Part shown: positions 9,181 through 17,856 of the stretch, piece after piece
Layout of the letters: every line of letters begins with the position of its first letter
Numbering within the stretch: position 1 is the first letter of the stretch
Virus record (IMG/VR): IMGVR_UViG_3300037483_001522
Location: 1-36,441 of that record
Reading direction: 5' to 3' (one strand)
From: a virus
Taxonomy: Duplodnaviria > Caudoviricetes
DNA length: 36,441 nt
Position numbers and translations under genes: made by a program
The notes under the pieces: generated by a model
What the model saw: the letters and a program-made list of their open reading frames with translations, nothing else
Told to the model about the DNA's origin: nothing
Databases searched by the model: none

Positions 9181-9846
9181 TCATTTCACCACCTCCACGC
9201 CCCCGGAAACAGCCCCGGCATCGCTCGGGGTTGGTTCAGTCATGACCGCGTTTCCATTGGCGGCGAACACCGCCTCGGCGAAGCCGATGGGCGTCTCGCT
9301 GCGAAGATGCCCCCGATCCGGCGACGGCGGCATACGGTGAATGATGCTGCCCAGCACGGGCTCGATGCGACGCTTCGGCGGCATGACGAAACCGCCGCCG
9401 GTCCACAGACACGTTTTCTTCGTCCACGGGTCCCCGTAGTCGCACGGATCGAAGGTGAAATCCGGCTTCCGATAGTGACTGGAGACCACGGACACCGGGT
9501 TCTCAACCATCCACGGCGCACCGGTCCATTCACAGATGCGCACGCAGGCTCCGAAGGTGTCGATCGCCTCCGACAGCGCCCGAAGACCCTTATGTCGGAA
9601 CCACCGTGCCCCGGATACCGCCAGGTGTGTGCAGGGCGGGAAGGCGAACGCGATGGCGTAGTCGGTGCGGGGCGGCAGCCAGTCGCGCACGTCGGCTCCA
9701 ACGCGGACCAGCCGGCCGTTCCGGGGGTCGCGGTGCTCGCCCGGCTCATGGCGGGTGTCCACGATCCAGCACTCGCAGCCGGCATCCAGCCACGGGCGGA
9801 CCATGTTGCCGGTGTAGTCGCAGAGGCTGAGGACGATTCCGTTCAA
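9181..9846 (-). CDS. Phage DNA cytosine methyltransferase-like protein (short Dcm-like)
   Basis: VLSLCD, FPPCT (catalytic PC) and MVENP motifs; the TTG start overlaps the upstream stop. Confidence 0.75.
   Translation of the reverse strand: MNGIVLSLCDYTGNMVRPWLDAGCECWIVDTRHEPGEHRDPRNGRLVRVGADVRDWLPPRTDYAIAFAFPPCTHLAVSGARWFRHKGLRALSEAIDTFGACVRICEWTGAPWMVENPVSVVSSHYRKPDFTFDPCDYGDPWTKKTCLWTGGGFVMPPKRRIEPVLGSIIHRMPPSPDRGHLRSETPIGFAEAVFAANGNAVMTEPTPSDAGAVSGGVEVVK
9210..9233 (+). terminator. Candidate terminator hairpin after the plus-strand cluster
   Basis: cagccccg...cggggttg stem about 30 nt after the stop at 9178; the U tract is weak. Confidence 0.4.
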
Positions 9847-11282
9847 GCCGTCACCTCAGTTTCGCTGGCGTCCTGAGATTTCTCGGGCACCCAGGCAGCG
9901 ATGCGCTCGGCCTTCTTGCCCGTGAACTTCTCCCAACGTTCGATGATCACATCGCAATAGGCCTGATCGTATTCCATCAGAAACGCCCGCCGGCCCGTCT
10001 GTTCGCAGCCGATGAGCGTGCTACCCGAGCCGCCGAACAAGTCGAGGACGTTCTCGCCGGGCTTCGACGAGTACTGGATCGCCAGGACGGCGAGTTCAAC
10101 CGGTTTCTCGGTGAGGTGGACCATGCTCTGGGGATTGACCTTCTTGACGTGCCAGAGGTCGGTGGCGTTATTCGGGCCGTAGAAGTGGTGCCCCGCACCC
10201 TCCTTCCAGCCATAGAAGCAGATCTCGAACGCGCCCATGAAGTCCTTGCGGGTCAGCACCGGGTGCTGCTTGTCCCACACGATTCCCTGGCTGAAGTACA
10301 GGCCCGCTTGCTTCAGCGGTGCGGGGTAGTTGCCGAGGTTGGCGTACCCGCCCCAGATGTAGAACGACCCGCCCGGCTTTAGCACGCGCGACGCGTTGCC
10401 GAACCAGGCCAGCAGCATCTCATCGAATGCCTCGGCGGTGACGAAGTCATTTTCCAGCGGCCGGTCTTTGGCACGCATCTTCTTGTGCGTGGCCTGCGAT
10501 TTCTCCGGATGGCGATTCAGATCAAAGCTCTGATGATGCCTGATGTCGCTCTTTTTCCGCTTCGAACGATGCCCGTCCTCGCCACGGTAGTCGACCTTCC
10601 GCGTTGCATGGAAACTGGACAGGCCAGCGGCGATGGCGTTGTTGCTGCGCGGCTCGACCTTCACGTTGTACGGCGGGTCCATGTTGACCAAATCGATGGT
10701 CGCGCCATCGAGCAGCCGACCCAGATCGGCCAAACTGCCGCTGTCGCCGCACATGAGGCGGTGGCCATTCCGGGGGTCGCCGAGAATCCAGATGTCGCCG
10801 CGCTGGGTCGTCGGGTCGTCCGGCGGCTCGGGCACCTCGTCCGGATCGGTCAGCCCTTCGGCCACGCCTTGGGCGCTGCTCAGCAGCTTGCCCAGCTCCT
10901 CCTCGTCAAAGGCCAGCACGTCCATGTCGAATCCGCCCTCGCGCAGCTCGTTGAGTTCGATGGGCAGGATTTCGAGGTCCCACTCGGCAATCTCGCCGGT
11001 CTTGTTGTCGGCGATGCGGTACGCCTTGACCTGCTCGGGCGTCAGATCGGTGGCGACGTGGACGGGCACCTTGGCCAGGCCCAGCTTCTTCGCTGCCTTC
11101 CAGCGCGTGTGGCCGACGATGATTACGCCCTCGGCATCGACCACGATGGGCTGGCGGAAGCCGAACTCGCGCAGCGAGTCGGCCACGGCCTCCACGGCCT
11201 TGTCGTTGAGGCGCGGGTTTCGGTCATACGGGTGGATGTCATCGATCTTGCGAAGCTGGACGTCGTAGGTGGCGGTCGTCAT
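9843..11282 (-). CDS. ParB-like N-terminal domain fused to N6A/N4C DNA methyltransferase
   Basis: PYDRNPR...FGFRQPIVVD...IIVGHTRWKAA (ParB/Srx); DPPY precedes DLFGGSGST (beta order); ATG at 11282 with GGAGG. Confidence 0.9.
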   Translation of the reverse strand: MTTATYDVQLRKIDDIHPYDRNPRLNDKAVEAVADSLREFGFRQPIVVDAEGVIIVGHTRWKAAKKLGLAKVPVHVATDLTPEQVKAYRIADNKTGEIAEWDLEILPIELNELREGGFDMDVLAFDEEELGKLLSSAQGVAEGLTDPDEVPEPPDDPTTQRGDIWILGDPRNGHRLMCGDSGSLADLGRLLDGATIDLVNMDPPYNVKVEPRSNNAIAAGLSSFHATRKVDYRGEDGHRSKRKKSDIRHHQSFDLNRHPEKSQATHKKMRAKDRPLENDFVTAEAFDEMLLAWFGNASRVLKPGGSFYIWGGYANLGNYPAPLKQAGLYFSQGIVWDKQHPVLTRKDFMGAFEICFYGWKEGAGHHFYGPNNATDLWHVKKVNPQSMVHLTEKPVELAVLAIQYSSKPGENVLDLFGGSGSTLIGCEQTGRRAFLMEYDQAYCDVIIERWEKFTGKKAERIAAWVPEKSQDASETEVTA

Positions 11283-11586
11283 AAATGCCCTCCGTGTGGG
11301 TTGGGGGTTGGGTAGGGGTCGAAACCACCGCCGGAGAAAAACCGGACAGCGCAAACAAACTGTGTGTCACACGCCGACGCGTTCCCGTGCCATCAGGAAA
11401 GGTCGGTGTTTCCAAGTACCTATCGCGCCGCAGTTGCCCGCTGCCAGCGCGGCAGATTGTGGGTAACTCGGAATCTCGCCCACGTTCGCCCCTGTCGGCG
11501 AGAGGCGGCGGGTGGCCGCGTCGTACCACCTGGTTCGCTGGCCGCGACACGGGCCAACGTGGGCGACCCGGGGCGGCGTGGCTCAA

Positions 11587-11857
11587 GTTTCACCCTTTCA
11601 CCCCCCCTCTCACGTACACACGCAAATACACACGGGCGGGCGTCGCGCGAGGGGGTGGGGGTGAAAGAGAGAAACATAAAGAGAGAGTTGTTGTTTTTCT
11701 CTGCATACATGCTGTTTCCCCGCTTCTCTGGTTTCACCCTGCGGTGGTGAAACGTGGGTGAAACGAGAGAAACCTGACCACCGATTCGCAGTGCCGCCGG
11801 GTCTTGAAAGCTGCTCACGTTTCACCCCCGTCGTTGGTTTCACCGCCAGGTTTCACC
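11587..11857. repeat. Cluster of nine (G)TTTCACC repeats in both orientations; candidate replication origin
   Basis: Forward at 11587, 11596, 11731, 11819, 11837, 11850; reverse at 11660, 11746, 11757; a locally AT-rich stretch lies near 11664-11710. Confidence 0.7.
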
Positions 11858-14295
11858 CGCTGTGGCAGGCGGTACGCCCGCAGCGCCGACCCCGCTCGGG
11901 GCACGGTGACCACCTCGATGTCGCCCTGCTGGACCAGCGTCTCCACGAGCATGGCGAAGCTCTTGGAATCCATCTTCATCCGCTTGAGCAGCACGCTGTG
12001 CGGCAGCTCGTGACCAGGGGCATTCCGCAGCTTCTCCACCGCCTTCAGGCACTCGGCGTGGAACGGGTTCTCCGCCACGTGGCCTGCTGCCATGAACAGC
12101 ATGCGCCTGGTCTGGTGCATGACGAACTGCGACGCCCAGCGCACGGCCTCGATGCCGATGCACGGCGACTCATGGTTCTCGCTGATCGCATAGAGCAGCG
12201 CCAGCTTGCGCGTCTGCTCGCTGACGCGACCCCAGACCGTGGTGCCCACCGAGTCGCTCTTCGCCTCGGCCTCGGCGTACTCACCTTCAGCCTCCTCACG
12301 GGTGTCGATCAGCAGGCGTCGGGCGTCAGCGGTGTGGTCCACGATGGCCGGCACGGGGTGGACGTCGAGCAGGTTGGCGCGGTGGTCGCCGGGATGGAAT
12401 TTGGACCACCAGGCGGCTGTCGCCACCACGCGCTCCGGCAACGCGCGGATGCTTGGCTCCTGACCGCAGCTCCGGGGGCCGGCCTCAAGGATGACCATGC
12501 GGGCGAAGAAGCCATTGGTCAGCATCCGCTCGGATAGCGCCTCGTAGTAGTGGTTGGGGATCGCCGTGCCGAAGATCACCAGGCACGGTTGATCGATCAC
12601 GCCTGGCGACTCCTTGCCCGCCTTGCGCCGCATGGGATAGACGCTATTGGACGATGAGTACATCGTCAGCAGCGTGCTCATGATCGCTTCATGCCGGGCG
12701 TCCTTGGCCTTGTTGATCGACTGGAGCATGCCGTCGATCTCGTCGGTCTGGAACAGCATGCTCGGCGTCTGGAACAGGGCGTCCTGGATGCCTTCGCCTG
12801 AAGCAAAGCGCTCGCCCAGCGCGTCGGCCAGCCCGACCTCGTTGAGGATGCGCGTGTTGATCTTGCGCGGCCAGTCCTTGCCCGAAGCCGAATGCGCCAG
12901 GCCGAGCAGGTAGATGTTGGTGCGGTTGTCCCCGCTGTCGCGGACTTTGCGGCCGGCCAGGAACGCCAGCAGCGACAGCGCCCCGGCGAACGCCATGACC
13001 TGGTTCGGGTACGGCGCGGTGGCCAGGCAGTGGTCCATGACCTCGCTTACGAAGCCCGGCATCCGCAGCATCTCCGCCGACATCGGCCCCGGATCGGAAA
13101 TGTCTGCCACAGGTGCGACTTGTCCGTCGGACATTGGCATTGTCTGGCCGACATCGGAATTGTGCGACGCACAGGCGGCAGGTGCGCCGGACATTCGCAT
13201 GATGGCCGAGATGTCCGCCCCCGGAACGCCATCGGCATTGCCCGCCAGTGAATTGCCGCCGTAGCCAGATGTCCGCAAAGATCGCGCCGCCTGTTCGAAA
13301 TCTCCGCGATGGTTGAGCAGGGAGTAGACGGCGAACGGCGAATAGCCGCGATTGGGCTCGAACGGGGCGGCGTTGGACGAGAAAACATAGAACACGCCAT
13401 CCTTCAGCGTGGCGGATGTGCCCGAATCCTTGCCGGGCCGTCGCCAATACTCGTTGCCCCCGATTCCGGGGGCCTTGATCCGCACCCAGCCGTGTTGTTC
13501 GAGCACATTCCGGGGGTCTCCGCGATGGTTGAAGTCGTCGCCGGGCCTGTCGGCATTCTCTGGTAGAGAACCGCATGGTCCGACGGACATGGGCATTCTC
13601 TGGCCGACCATGCCATTGTTCGACGGACAATCGCCACTGTGCGAATTGTCGGCCGAGAACTGGCCTTGTTCGACCGATGATGGGCCTCTCTGGCCGACAT
13701 CGCCGACCCCGGAAATATGCGTCGGATTGCGGGGGCCATTGACCACCGGCGGCAGATACTCGTTCAGTTCCCACGCCGTCTGGAGCAGCGTGTCGCGTTT
13801 GGCCTCGGTCAACACGGGCAGATCGGCGAGGTCGCCGTGGCCGAGGATGTAGCCCATCGTTGGGGCACAGAGGAACAGGCCTCCTTCACCGCGCGTCTCG
13901 ATCAGCGTGGTGATCTTGTCGCCGACCTTCCGCTGGGCCAGCTTCAGGTTGCCGCAGACCGCCGCCTCGAAGCGATAGATCACGTGGTAGCCACCCGATG
14001 GGGTGGTTTCGATCACCAGCCGCTCCCGCACCTCGACGGGCAGTCGCTCCCACCACGCCGAGAACAGTTCACCGCCGGCGTCGAAGTCGATGATCTCCGC
14101 GTTGCCCGATGCCGCGCCGCAAAGGATGCAGATGGCGTCGGGATTATTAGCCATCCATGCCGACAGCTCGGCCTCGGTCGGCCGTGTCTGCCGATACCGC
14201 TTCCACGCGCCGACCGCCGGGCGCTTCTCCGCCCGCCTGGCCGGGAGCACGCACAGGCCGGCTCGGTGATAGGACATGGCCGCTTCGGTCAGCAT
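11815..14295 (-). CDS. Bifunctional primase/polymerase (prim-pol) with DUF3987-type helicase-like domain
   Basis: N-terminal EKRP, IIDFD, TPSGGYH and IETRGEGG; C-terminal AHSASGKD (P-loop), TDEID and GFFARM. Confidence 0.88.
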   Translation of the reverse strand: MLTEAAMSYHRAGLCVLPARRAEKRPAVGAWKRYRQTRPTEAELSAWMANNPDAICILCGAASGNAEIIDFDAGGELFSAWWERLPVEVRERLVIETTPSGGYHVIYRFEAAVCGNLKLAQRKVGDKITTLIETRGEGGLFLCAPTMGYILGHGDLADLPVLTEAKRDTLLQTAWELNEYLPPVVNGPRNPTHISGVGDVGQRGPSSVEQGQFSADNSHSGDCPSNNGMVGQRMPMSVGPCGSLPENADRPGDDFNHRGDPRNVLEQHGWVRIKAPGIGGNEYWRRPGKDSGTSATLKDGVFYVFSSNAAPFEPNRGYSPFAVYSLLNHRGDFEQAARSLRTSGYGGNSLAGNADGVPGADISAIMRMSGAPAACASHNSDVGQTMPMSDGQVAPVADISDPGPMSAEMLRMPGFVSEVMDHCLATAPYPNQVMAFAGALSLLAFLAGRKVRDSGDNRTNIYLLGLAHSASGKDWPRKINTRILNEVGLADALGERFASGEGIQDALFQTPSMLFQTDEIDGMLQSINKAKDARHEAIMSTLLTMYSSSNSVYPMRRKAGKESPGVIDQPCLVIFGTAIPNHYYEALSERMLTNGFFARMVILEAGPRSCGQEPSIRALPERVVATAAWWSKFHPGDHRANLLDVHPVPAIVDHTADARRLLIDTREEAEGEYAEAEAKSDSVGTTVWGRVSEQTRKLALLYAISENHESPCIGIEAVRWASQFVMHQTRRMLFMAAGHVAENPFHAECLKAVEKLRNAPGHELPHSVLLKRMKMDSKSFAMLVETLVQQGDIEVVTVPRAGSALRAYRLPQRVKPGGETNDGGET
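13101..13193. repeat. Intragenic array A: five 13-bp quasi-palindromes at exact 20-bp period
   Basis: Units start at 13101, 13121 (TGTCCGTCGGACA), 13141 (TGTCTGGCCGACA), 13161 (TGTGCGACGCACA) and 13181. Confidence 0.8.
13557..13699. repeat. Intragenic array B: seven related units, 20-bp period with one 30-bp step
   Basis: Units start at 13557, 13577, 13597, 13617, 13647, 13667 and 13687 (for example TCTCTGGCCGACA, TGTTCGACGGACA). Confidence 0.8.
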
Positions 14296-16022
14296 CAGAA
14301 CGGCACCTCATCGTCGGGGATCGGGACGTAGTCAGTCTCACCACCAGTCGGGTCGCCGACAGTGACAGCGGGTGGCTTCTCGCCAAGCTGGTAATTCACA
14401 ATGCGGTCATATTTCTCCCCGGTCACGCTGCGGACGGTGATGGCGCGCGTGGGCGCGAGTGAATCCGTCTCCGCCAGCCCGACCGCCTCGTCGGCGTTGG
14501 TCGGACATGGATCGCTGGATCGCGCCCGCCACCACGCTTCAGCCTTTTGCCGGGCGTAGCTGCCCTGTGGGTGCTCAACACAGATCCATTCGCTGCGGTG
14601 GTCGTTGAACCCGACGCGGTAGTCGACGCGCAGTGTGCGAGGATGGCCCTCCGGTGCGTCACGTTTCACGTGAGCCGAGTAATAGATGTTCTGAACCTCG
14701 TACTCCGTCTCCGTCACTTCGCCGCTGAGGATGCCGGCCGTCGAGGCCTGTCTCTCGTGTTGCTCACGCTGGGGTGGCGGGAATACGTGCCCGCATTCAG
14801 GGCAGACGCCGTAGGCGGCGTGGATCAGCGCGTTGCACTGCGGGCATTCCTTAGCCGGTGCCTCACCATTGCCCGGCGTCCTGTCTTCGACCTGCAATGC
14901 ATCGACCGGCCCATGGCGCAGGATGTTGCCGCCGAAGTCCAGGACGAGGCAGTTCTCCTTCGACGGGTCCAGCCGGAACCCACGACCCACCATTTGGTAA
15001 TACAGACCCGGCGACATCGTCGGCCGCAGTAGGGCCACGCAGTCGATGTTCGGCGCATCAAAGCCCGTGGTCAGCACGTTGACGTTGACCAGATACTTGA
15101 GCTGGCCATCCTTGAATCGCTTGAGCGTCTCGGCTCGTTCGAACGGCAGCGTTTCGCCGCAAACGAATCCGCACTCGTGGCCCATCTCGCCCAACACACG
15201 CTGCACATGCAGGGCATGCTGTACACCGGCGCTGAAAATCAGCACCGAATGCCTGTCGCGGGTGTGGTCGATGATCTCGCGGCATGCCGAGCGCACCAGC
15301 GAATCGTCGTCCATCAAGGCTTCGACCTCGCCCGCGATGAACTCGCCGCCCCGAACGTGCAGCCCGCCGAAGTCGGCCTTGCGCCGGCCCGCCTTGGTTT
15401 GGAGCGGACAAAGATAGCCCTGGACGATCAGTTCGCGCACACCCGCCTCGTAACAGACATGGTTGAGCAGCCCGTCCGGGGCCGGTGAGCAGATCGTACC
15501 GGTGGTCATCCGATATGGCGTGGCGGTCAGGCCTACGAGCCGCACGTTCGGGTTGACGATCCTCGCCTCACGCAGGAACTGCTGGTACATCCCGTCACCC
15601 GACGGCGGGATCATGTGAGCCTCATCGACCAGGATCAGATCGAACCGATCGAGTTCTGCGGCACGCCTATACACACTCTGAATCCCGGCGACGATGATCG
15701 GATGCTCGGTATCCCGGCTGCGCAGGCCGGCGGAGTAGACCCCGATCTGGTGCCACAGGTCCGGTGCCATCGAGTGCAGCTTGTCGACGGCCTGCTCGAG
15801 CAGTTCCTTCACGTGCGCCAGGATCAGCACGCGGCCGTCCCACTGCGTCACCGCGTCGCGGCAGATCGTCGCCATCACCGGCGTTTTGCCACCCGCTGTG
15901 GGAATGACCACGCACGGGTTGTCATCGCGCGTACGCAGGTGGTCGTACACCGCCGTGACCGCCTCGGCCTGGTAAGGGCGCAAGATGAGGGTGCCGGAGC
16001 TGGAAGCGACCGCCGTCGTCAT
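14295..16022 (-). CDS. SF2 DEAD/DEAH-box helicase with C-terminal zinc ribbon
   Basis: LRPYQ, PTAGGKT, DEAH, LTATP, QMVGRG, CPQC and CPEC motifs; ATG at 16022 with GGAGG. Confidence 0.92.
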   Translation of the reverse strand: MTTAVASSSGTLILRPYQAEAVTAVYDHLRTRDDNPCVVIPTAGGKTPVMATICRDAVTQWDGRVLILAHVKELLEQAVDKLHSMAPDLWHQIGVYSAGLRSRDTEHPIIVAGIQSVYRRAAELDRFDLILVDEAHMIPPSGDGMYQQFLREARIVNPNVRLVGLTATPYRMTTGTICSPAPDGLLNHVCYEAGVRELIVQGYLCPLQTKAGRRKADFGGLHVRGGEFIAGEVEALMDDDSLVRSACREIIDHTRDRHSVLIFSAGVQHALHVQRVLGEMGHECGFVCGETLPFERAETLKRFKDGQLKYLVNVNVLTTGFDAPNIDCVALLRPTMSPGLYYQMVGRGFRLDPSKENCLVLDFGGNILRHGPVDALQVEDRTPGNGEAPAKECPQCNALIHAAYGVCPECGHVFPPPQREQHERQASTAGILSGEVTETEYEVQNIYYSAHVKRDAPEGHPRTLRVDYRVGFNDHRSEWICVEHPQGSYARQKAEAWWRARSSDPCPTNADEAVGLAETDSLAPTRAITVRSVTGEKYDRIVNYQLGEKPPAVTVGDPTGGETDYVPIPDDEVPF

Positions 16023-17149
16023 GCCGCCTCCTGAAGGGAGACTGAATCTTGCCTTGGATTGGTCCGATACGTATAATCGCATATTGATCGTACGTACAGG
16101 AGTACCGCCATGCCCAAACTCACCCTCAGCGCCGACCAGGACGTGATCGAGAAGGCCAAGCAGCTGGCTGAAGAACGTGGAACCAGTGTGTCGGCGATGT
16201 TCAGCCAATACATCGACACCATGACCCGGCCCCGCGAATCGCGCCGGAAGACTGCTCCGATTACCCGCCGATTGCGCGGATTGGCCAAAGTTTCAAGCAA
16301 GAAGAGCGACCGCGAGCTGTACGAGGCGGCGATTCTCAATAAGGGCCGGCGATGAACCACCGGGTATTTTTCGACACCAATGTGCTGCTCGACCACTTGC
16401 TCGACCGTGCGCCATTCGCTGATGATGCGACCGAGCTTTGGTCGCTGGCCGAGCGCCGTGAGTTCGTGGGCTTGATCTCGGCCATCAGTTTCAACTTCAT
16501 CTACTACATCGTGCGACTCGAGGCTAACGAGCGCGCCGCTCGACGAGCGATCAAAGGCCTGCGCGATGTATTTCAAACCGTTGAGGTGGATGCTCAGATC
16601 ATCAACCAGGCGATCGATTCGGGCTTCTCGGACTTCGAGGATGCGATCCAACACGCCTGTGCCGTGCGCGCAAATGCCACGCATCTGGTCACACGCGACC
16701 TGGCGGGTTTCCGGCGATCGGAAATTCCGGTAATCAGCCCTGATGGCTACCTGAGCAGTCAGGCTGGGGAATGAATCATCGCGGCGGGGTGGAATCCCAT
16801 CACGCAGATGCACGGTCGGCGCGGGCGCATCGGCCAGCGGCTGGAATGAGGCGCTGTCAATGATCGGTATGCCCAGCTCGCGGCCGAGCAGGTACTCCAG
16901 CTTGGCACCCCGCGAATCCTGCCAGCCGGGGAGCATCGCCATCGCATCGCACTGCAGGAGCAGTGCCACATCGGCTCGCAGGTAGCTGCTGCGCGGCAAG
17001 TCAGTCCGCCCCCCAAAGTTGTCGGCCGGATTGATCACCTCCCAACCGGCCTGCTGCAGACGCTTAGCGGCGGCGCGGAACGCCGGGAAGTTGTGGTCGG
17101 GCAATCCGGTCATCGGACCGGCGATGTAGATGCGTCCGTGCTTGCCCAT
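16019..17149 (-). CDS. DUF4406 (nucleoside deoxyribosyltransferase-like) protein with a long extension antisense to the TA pair
   Basis: IYIAGPMTG, INPA and CD...LPGWQDSRGAKLE in the first ~110 aa; the frame stays open to a TGA overlapping the helicase ATG. Confidence 0.7.
   Translation of the reverse strand: MGKHGRIYIAGPMTGLPDHNFPAFRAAAKRLQQAGWEVINPADNFGGRTDLPRSSYLRADVALLLQCDAMAMLPGWQDSRGAKLEYLLGRELGIPIIDSASFQPLADAPAPTVHLRDGIPPRRDDSFPSLTAQVAIRADYRNFRSPETRQVACDQMRGICAHGTGVLDRILEVREARIDRLVDDLSIHLNGLKYIAQAFDRSSSGALVSLESHDVVDEVETDGRDQAHELTALGQRPKLGRIISEWRTVEQVVEQHIGVEKYPVVHRRPLLRIAASYSSRSLFLLETLANPRNRRVIGAVFRRDSRGRVMVSMYWLNIADTLVPRSSASCLAFSITSWSALRVSLGMAVLLYVRSICDYTYRTNPRQDSVSLQEAA
16049..16097 (+). 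promoter_or_regulatory. Sigma70 promoter and probable operator of the toxin-antitoxin pair
   Basis: TTGCCT (16049)-17 nt-TATAAT (16072); palindromes ATACGTAT (16068) and GTACGTAC (16090); AGGAG at 16098. Confidence 0.75.
16110..16355 (+). CDS. DUF6364-type ribbon-helix-helix antitoxin
   Basis: KLTLSADQDVIEKAKQLAEERGTSVS; ATGA overlap with the PIN gene. Confidence 0.85.
   Translation: MPKLTLSADQDVIEKAKQLAEERGTSVSAMFSQYIDTMTRPRESRRKTAPITRRLRGLAKVSSKKSDRELYEAAILNKGRR
16352..16774 (+). CDS. PIN-domain (VapC-like) toxin
   Basis: VFFDTNVLLD, DFEDAIQ and LVTRD acidic motifs. Confidence 0.9.
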   Translation: MNHRVFFDTNVLLDHLLDRAPFADDATELWSLAERREFVGLISAISFNFIYYIVRLEANERAARRAIKGLRDVFQTVEVDAQIINQAIDSGFSDFEDAIQHACAVRANATHLVTRDLAGFRRSEIPVISPDGYLSSQAGE

Positions 17150-17152
17150 CGG

Positions 17153-17560
17153 TCAGTTGTTCTCCGGATGAATCGGTCCGCCGCAGAGTGGGCAGCGCGT
17201 CAGTGGGAACTCATCCATCTGGATGTCGATGCGCCCGGGCTTATTCACCTCGCAGCGGCGCGTGATCAGCAGATCGATCTGGCTGTCGTCCTCGTAGACC
17301 CCGCCGTGTTCGAGCGAGTCGAGTATCGCTTTCTGGATGTTGTCCAGGTCACGCCGGCGGCGGTCGGGCGGGAACGCATTCATTTCCAGTGCGATGCGGC
17401 CGCCGGATGGTGGCTTGCGCGGGCCGTTGCCATAGCCCCGGGCCAGGAGGGCGAGGACACGCTCGCGGTACGCCCGGCCCTTCTGGCTGATGACCACCCG
17501 CCCTCGGTAGTGCCGCCAGTAGTGATTGACGGATGGTGGATAGGGAAGCGAGAGCTTCAC
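17153..17560 (-). CDS. rusA: RusA family Holliday junction resolvase
   Basis: LPYPPSVNHYWR, PPDRRRRDLDNIQKAILDSL and DDSQID motifs. Confidence 0.92.
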   Translation of the reverse strand: MKLSLPYPPSVNHYWRHYRGRVVISQKGRAYRERVLALLARGYGNGPRKPPSGGRIALEMNAFPPDRRRRDLDNIQKAILDSLEHGGVYEDDSQIDLLITRRCEVNKPGRIDIQMDEFPLTRCPLCGGPIHPENN

Positions 17561-17856
17561 GCTGCTAAGCCTTCCTCCACCAGGTCATCGTGCGGAATCT
17601 GCAGTTTCGCACTGACCGAAGCCAGCGCCCCGCAGGGCACGTCGTCCGAATCGAGTCGCGATGCATCGATCACATCGATGAACAACTCACCATTGACCAG
17701 CGAGCAGTTGATCTGCACCTTCGGCGATGTCTTGGAGCCGCCGACCTTGATCTGCAGTTCGTGCGACTGCGGCGTCTGGCAGTTCACCCGAACGCCAAGC
17801 GGCTCGCCATGGTCGGTGGCCTCCAGGTCGTAGAGGATTTGGGGCCAGATGCTCAT
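17557..17856 (-). CDS. Hypothetical protein
   Basis: ATG at 17856 overlaps the DUF669 stop and its own stop overlaps the rusA start; the longer start in the ORF track is unlikely. Confidence 0.65.
   Translation of the reverse strand: MSIWPQILYDLEATDHGEPLGVRVNCQTPQSHELQIKVGGSKTSPKVQINCSLVNGELFIDVIDASRLDSDDVPCGALASVSAKLQIPHDDLVEEGLAA

Noticed and set aside
7295-9184. 629-aa minus-strand ORF spanning the plus-strand cluster
   Set aside because: Translation reads as antisense shadow of high-GC3 genes, with no motifs. It does start at the Dcm-like stop, echoing the other open antisense frames, but I cannot support it as a gene.
13101-13699. CRISPR array interpretation of the periodic palindromes
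   Set aside because: Units are 13 bp with 7-bp spacers, degenerate, inside a CDS, and there are no cas genes.
16023-16208. N-terminal extension of the helicase in the ORF track
   Set aside because: Overlaps the antitoxin gene; ATG 16022 has a good RBS and stop-start coupling.
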